NCBI GenBank assembly: GCA_029212405.1
Contig: JARGNR010000005.1
Span: 2,621 to 66,620 of the forward strand
Source: Saprospiraceae bacterium
GTDB taxonomy: Bacteria > Bacteroidota > Bacteroidia > Chitinophagales > Saprospiraceae
DNA: 64,000 nt
Direction: 5' to 3'
In this document: positions 60,710 through 64,000 of the stretch, piece after piece
How positions within the stretch are numbered: the stretch's first letter is position 1
Layout: the number at the start of each line of letters is the position of its first letter
Notes under the pieces: model-generated
What the model saw: only the letters and a program-made list of their open reading frames with translations
The model's database searches: none
Told to the model about the DNA's origin: nothing
Translations under genes and position numbers: made by a program

Positions 60710-61009
60710 TTATACATCTCCGAAGAAATCAATTTCGTCCCCTTCTGCTAATGTTACAATTGCTTTCTTAAATCCACTAACTCTCCCCTTCAAAACACCA
60801 GATCTAGTATTTCTCGATTTCGCTTTAGCAGGCATGTTGATCGTATTAACAGACTCCACGTTCACATCAGGATATAACTCCTGTATTGCTTTTCTGATTT
60901 CAATCTTATTGGCAGCCCTATTCACCACAAAACTATATTGTCCGTGATTCGCTGAAAGCAGCTCAGATTTCTCAGAAATGATAGGTTTTATAAGTATATT
61001 CTTAGCCAT
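60710..61009 (-). CDS. rplW: 50S ribosomal protein L23
   Basis: ...LIKPIISEKS...; operon position. Confidence 0.95.
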   Translation of the reverse strand: MAKNILIKPIISEKSELLSANHGQYSFVVNRAANKIEIRKAIQELYPDVNVESVNTINMPAKAKSRNTRSGVLKGRVSGFKKAIVTLAEGDEIDFFGDV

Positions 61010-61020
61010 CTTAATTTAAT

Positions 61021-61650
61021 TTACTTGGCGTATAATTCTTTTAATTTTTGAACAGCACCTTCCGCAATTACTACTGAATTTGCATTCAAAATTTGATAGG
61101 TGTTTACTTCATCTACACTTACCACCTGCGTTCTTTGAATATTTCTGCTAGAGATATATACATTTGAATTATGGTCGCTAGTGATAAACAATGACTTCTT
61201 ACCTGCTAAATCTAAATTTGAAAGAACAGCTTTAAAATCTTTTGTTTTCGGCGCATCGAAAGAAAAATCTTCAATCACGCTTATATTACCATTGGTAGCT
61301 TTGTGAGAAAAAGCAGATGCTCTTGCAAGCGCTTTCACCTTCTTATTCAACTTGATATTGTATTTTCTTGGTCTAGGTCCGAAAATTCGTCCACCACCTC
61401 TAAAAACACCTGACTTCAATGAACCAGCTCTCGCTGTACCTGTCCCCTTCTGTCTCTTTATCTTTCTAGTTGATGCTGTAATTTCTCCTTTCTCCTTTGA
61501 CTTGTGCGTCCCTTGTCTTTGTGCAGCATTATATTGCTTCACTGCCAAGTACACTGCATGCTCATTAGGTTCTACACCAAATACTGCATCAGGAAGTTCA
61601 ATACTTTTGCCTGTTGTGGCTCCTTGTGTATTTATTACATCTAATTTCAT
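61021..61650 (-). CDS. rplD: 50S ribosomal protein L4
   Basis: ...RKIKRQKGTGTARAGSLKSGVFRGGG..FGP. Confidence 0.95.
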   Translation of the reverse strand: MKLDVINTQGATTGKSIELPDAVFGVEPNEHAVYLAVKQYNAAQRQGTHKSKEKGEITASTRKIKRQKGTGTARAGSLKSGVFRGGGRIFGPRPRKYNIKLNKKVKALARASAFSHKATNGNISVIEDFSFDAPKTKDFKAVLSNLDLAGKKSLFITSDHNSNVYISSRNIQRTQVVSVDEVNTYQILNANSVVIAEGAVQKLKELYAK

Positions 61651-61658
61651 CTTCCTTG

Positions 61659-62279
61659 TTATTTTTCGATTACTACAATTGAGCCCTTGTGACCCGGTAT
61701 AGCACCTTTGATTAACAATAGATTTTTCTCCTCAAGAATTTTGACAACTTTCAGGTTCTTAACAGTTACTCTGTCGTTACCCATTCTACCAGCCATCTTC
61801 ATTCCTTTTACAACTTTTGCAGGGTAAGAAGCTGCACCAATAGATCCAGGAGCCCTCAATCTGTTGTGTTGTCCGTGAGTAGCATCTCCTACTCCTCGGA
61901 AATTGTATCTTTTCACAACTCCTTGAAAACCTTTTCCTTTTGACCTTCCGACTGCCCTTACGGTATCTCCTTCTTCGAAGATATCAGTAATAGAAACAGA
62001 ATCACCTAGATTTTTATCTAGGGTACAATCTCTAAATTCAATAGATCTTCTCTTAGGTGTTGTACCAGCTTTCTCAAAGTGCCCAACTAAACCTTTTGCT
62101 AAGTTTCTAGCTTTCGCTTCAGCAAAACTTAATTGAAGAGCGTAATAACCATCCGTGTCTTCGGTCTTGACCTGAGTAACAACGTTTGGCTGAGCCTCAA
62201 CAATCGTACAACTTATATTTCTACCATCTTCATTGAAGATACTAGTCATACCTATTTTTCTACCTATTATTCCATTCAT
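61659..62279 (-). CDS. rplC: 50S ribosomal protein L3
   Basis: [15 protein letters not shown]...[10 protein letters not shown]. Confidence 0.95.
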   Translation of the reverse strand: MNGIIGRKIGMTSIFNEDGRNISCTIVEAQPNVVTQVKTEDTDGYYALQLSFAEAKARNLAKGLVGHFEKAGTTPKRRSIEFRDCTLDKNLGDSVSITDIFEEGDTVRAVGRSKGKGFQGVVKRYNFRGVGDATHGQHNRLRAPGSIGAASYPAKVVKGMKMAGRMGNDRVTVKNLKVVKILEEKNLLLIKGAIPGHKGSIVVIEK

Positions 62280-62350
62280 ATTATAGGTTTTATATAATTA
62301 CCAGCATAGAGCTAACACACTAACTCTTGCTTGTTATTTCAAATATTGAA

Positions 62351-62659
62351 TTATGTCAATTTGACCTGGATATCTACGCCACTAGGAAGTTCTAGTTTCG
62401 ATAGTGCATCTACAGTTTTCTGAGTAGGTGTAAATATCTCGATCAATCTTTTATGCGTTCTCATCTGGAACTGCTCACGAGATTTCTTATTTACGTGCGG
62501 TGATCGCAGAACTGTAAATATTTCTTTCTTTGTGGGCAGCGGAATCGGACCAGATATAACCGCGCCACTGTTTCTTACAGTCTTTACGATCTTCTCCGTA
62601 CTCTTGTCGACAAGGTTGTGATCGTAAGAACGAAGTTTAATCCTAATTTTTTGATTCAT
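62351..62659 (-). CDS. rpsJ: 30S ribosomal protein S10
   Basis: [20 protein letters not shown]... Confidence 0.95.
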   Translation of the reverse strand: MNQKIRIKLRSYDHNLVDKSTEKIVKTVRNSGAVISGPIPLPTKKEIFTVLRSPHVNKKSREQFQMRTHKRLIEIFTPTQKTVDALSKLELPSGVDIQVKLT

Positions 62660-62695
62660 AGCCTTTATTAAAAGTGTTTATTTCTAAATCGGGTG

Positions 62696-62727
62696 CAAAT
62701 GTACAAAGCTTATCCTAAATATGCAAA
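62696..62727 (-). promoter_or_regulatory. candidate Bacteroidetes sigma-A promoter for the S10 operon
   Basis: The minus strand reads TTTG-N20-TACATTTG, matching the -33 TTTG and -7 TAnnTTTG consensus at canonical spacing. The -7 box ends 36 nt upstream of the rpsJ ATG. Confidence 0.4.
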
Positions 62728-63043
62728 CTATTTCAAGTAATAATTACAAATATCTTAAACAAAATCAAGTACTTAACCTCTTTCTAATCACGTATTTAGA
62801 AAATCTATAATATGTTTTATTTATTCTTTCTACTATTCCAGAAAAATTCCAAATAATCCATTGTCATTCGCATCTATTCCCCTTTTAAATTGCGACCCAA
62901 AATCAACAATATTAGATCAATAAAAATCAACAATTAATTAATAAAAAAAAATTATTCCTCCTTTCACGCTTTGAAAGCTTTTTAAGAACTGAATTTTGAA
63001 GTTCAATCAATTCAGGCCATTTCTTTTAAAACATGTAAGGACA

Positions 63044-63079
63044 TAAAAAAAAGGGCCAATCATCTAAGATCAGCCCTTT
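63044..63079 (-). terminator. probable rho-independent terminator after fusA
   Basis: On the minus transcript, stem aaagggc / gcccttt with a 16-nt loop is followed by a T6-T7 run, about 35 nt after the fusA stop. Confidence 0.5.
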
Positions 63080-63111
63080 ATTATATTTCTATTGGAATCT
63101 ATATCCGAAGC

Positions 63112-64000
63112 TTATACAGCAACGTCTCCTTTAGCCTCAGCCATTACTTTCTCAGCAATATTCTTCGGTGCCGGAGCAAAGTGAGAAAATTCCATTGTAC
63201 TACTCGCTCTACCAGAAGTAATTGTTCTCAATTGAGTAACATATCCAAACATTTCAGATAACGGTACATCAGCTGAGATATTAACTGCTCCTCCAGATCT
63301 AGGCTCTTGTCCTTTTGGTAATCCTCTTCTTCTGTTCAAATCACCAATAACTGATCCTGTATACTCTTCAGGAGTTACTACTTCTAATTTCATGATTGGC
63401 TCAAGAAGAACTGGTTTTGCCTTAGCAGCTGCAGCCTTAAATCCTTCTTTCGCACACAATTCAAATGCAATAGGTTTTGAATCCACCGCGTGCATAGAAC
63501 CATCGTATAATCTTACCTTCATACTATCGATTCCATATCCAGCAAGAACACCATTGTCCATCATAGAATTAAATCCTTTAATGATCGATGGGAAATATTC
63601 TTTGGCAATAGATCCTCCTACAATTTTATTTACAAATTGTAATCTCTTCTTACCACTCTTGAATTCATCTGACTCTAAAAACTCTTCATCAGCTGGACTC
63701 AATTCGAATGACATCTGAGCAAAAAGTCCAGATCCACCAGATTGTTTCTTTAATCTTTCAGTATGATCTACAGAAGCCGTAAGAGCTTCTTTATAGTTTA
63801 CTTGCGGAGCACCTTGGCTACACTCTACTTTAAACTCTCTTCTCAATCTATCTACAATAATCTCCAAGTGAAGCTCTCCCATTCCACTGATTACAGTTTG
63901 GTTGGTATCTTCATCGTATCTTACTCTGAAGGTAGGATCTTCTTCAGCCAACTTCGCCAAAGCCATCCCCAATTTATCCAAGTCCTTTTGCGACTTAGGT
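63112..64000 (-). CDS. fusA: elongation factor G, C-terminal part (gene continues beyond the right edge)
   Basis: Translation covers EF-G domains III-V (..[23 protein letters not shown].., ..GVLAGY.., ..[14 protein letters not shown]..). The frame is open to position 64000. Confidence 0.95.
   Translation of the reverse strand, partial: PKSQKDLDKLGMALAKLAEEDPTFRVRYDEDTNQTVISGMGELHLEIIVDRLRREFKVECSQGAPQVNYKEALTASVDHTERLKKQSGGSGLFAQMSFELSPADEEFLESDEFKSGKKRLQFVNKIVGGSIAKEYFPSIIKGFNSMMDNGVLAGYGIDSMKVRLYDGSMHAVDSKPIAFELCAKEGFKAAAAKAKPVLLEPIMKLEVVTPEEYTGSVIGDLNRRRGLPKGQEPRSGGAVNISADVPLSEMFGYVTQLRTITSGRASSTMEFSHFAPAPKNIAEKVMAEAKGDVAV

Noticed and set aside
62950-62966. Strong Shine-Dalgarno-like AAGGAGG on the minus strand in the fusA-rpsJ spacer
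   Set aside because: No start codon follows within a usable distance, and Bacteroidetes translation initiation is largely independent of Shine-Dalgarno sequences.

Overview
This is a low-GC Bacteroidota chromosome segment. Supporting signs are T9SS C-terminal sorting domains, an SprB-type repeat, TAnnTTTG-type -7 promoter boxes and a Bacteroidetes-style ribosomal operon without adk. No integrase, transposase, CRISPR array, tRNA or rRNA was seen.

Positions 1-33.5 kb carry housekeeping and surface genes:
- S9 peptidase, topoisomerase III, vWA protein and an Fpg/Nei glycosylase
- a TPR histidine kinase with a LuxR-type response regulator
- holA, a 1054-aa secreted HExxH metalloprotease, pdxJ and secG
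- an acidic/poly-lysine protein containing a perfect (AAG)17 tract
- RNase P RNA in an ORF-free gap
- a 1174-aa membrane histidine kinase and crtZ
- a three-gene secreted-protein operon: CRTAC1-like FG-GAP protein, FGE-sulfatase-like protein, and a novel GGxGDGxxK repeat protein
- sucD, an ftsB-like gene, eno and carA

Positions 47.5-64 kb are the minus-strand fusA / S10 / spc / alpha ribosomal super-operon. It includes the sub-60-aa genes rpmD and rpmJ, which the ORF track misses.

Between carA and rplQ lies a roughly 14 kb accessory block that looks AT-rich by eye, and this holds the main result. It is a complete, experimentally uncharacterised RiPP system on the minus strand. Its genes, in order, are:
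- a C39-peptidase ABC exporter
- a HlyD adaptor
- a small HTH protein
- a 62-aa GG-leader precursor, only recognisable after re-calling its start, followed by an intrinsic terminator
- a tightly coupled operon: VKOR-thioredoxin fusion, TlpA-like redoxin, a secreted 304-aa protein, an ATP-grasp maturase, an unannotated 59-aa ORF, and a SPASM-domain protein that lacks the radical-SAM CxxxCxxC motif

A second operon of three secreted proteins sits next to it.
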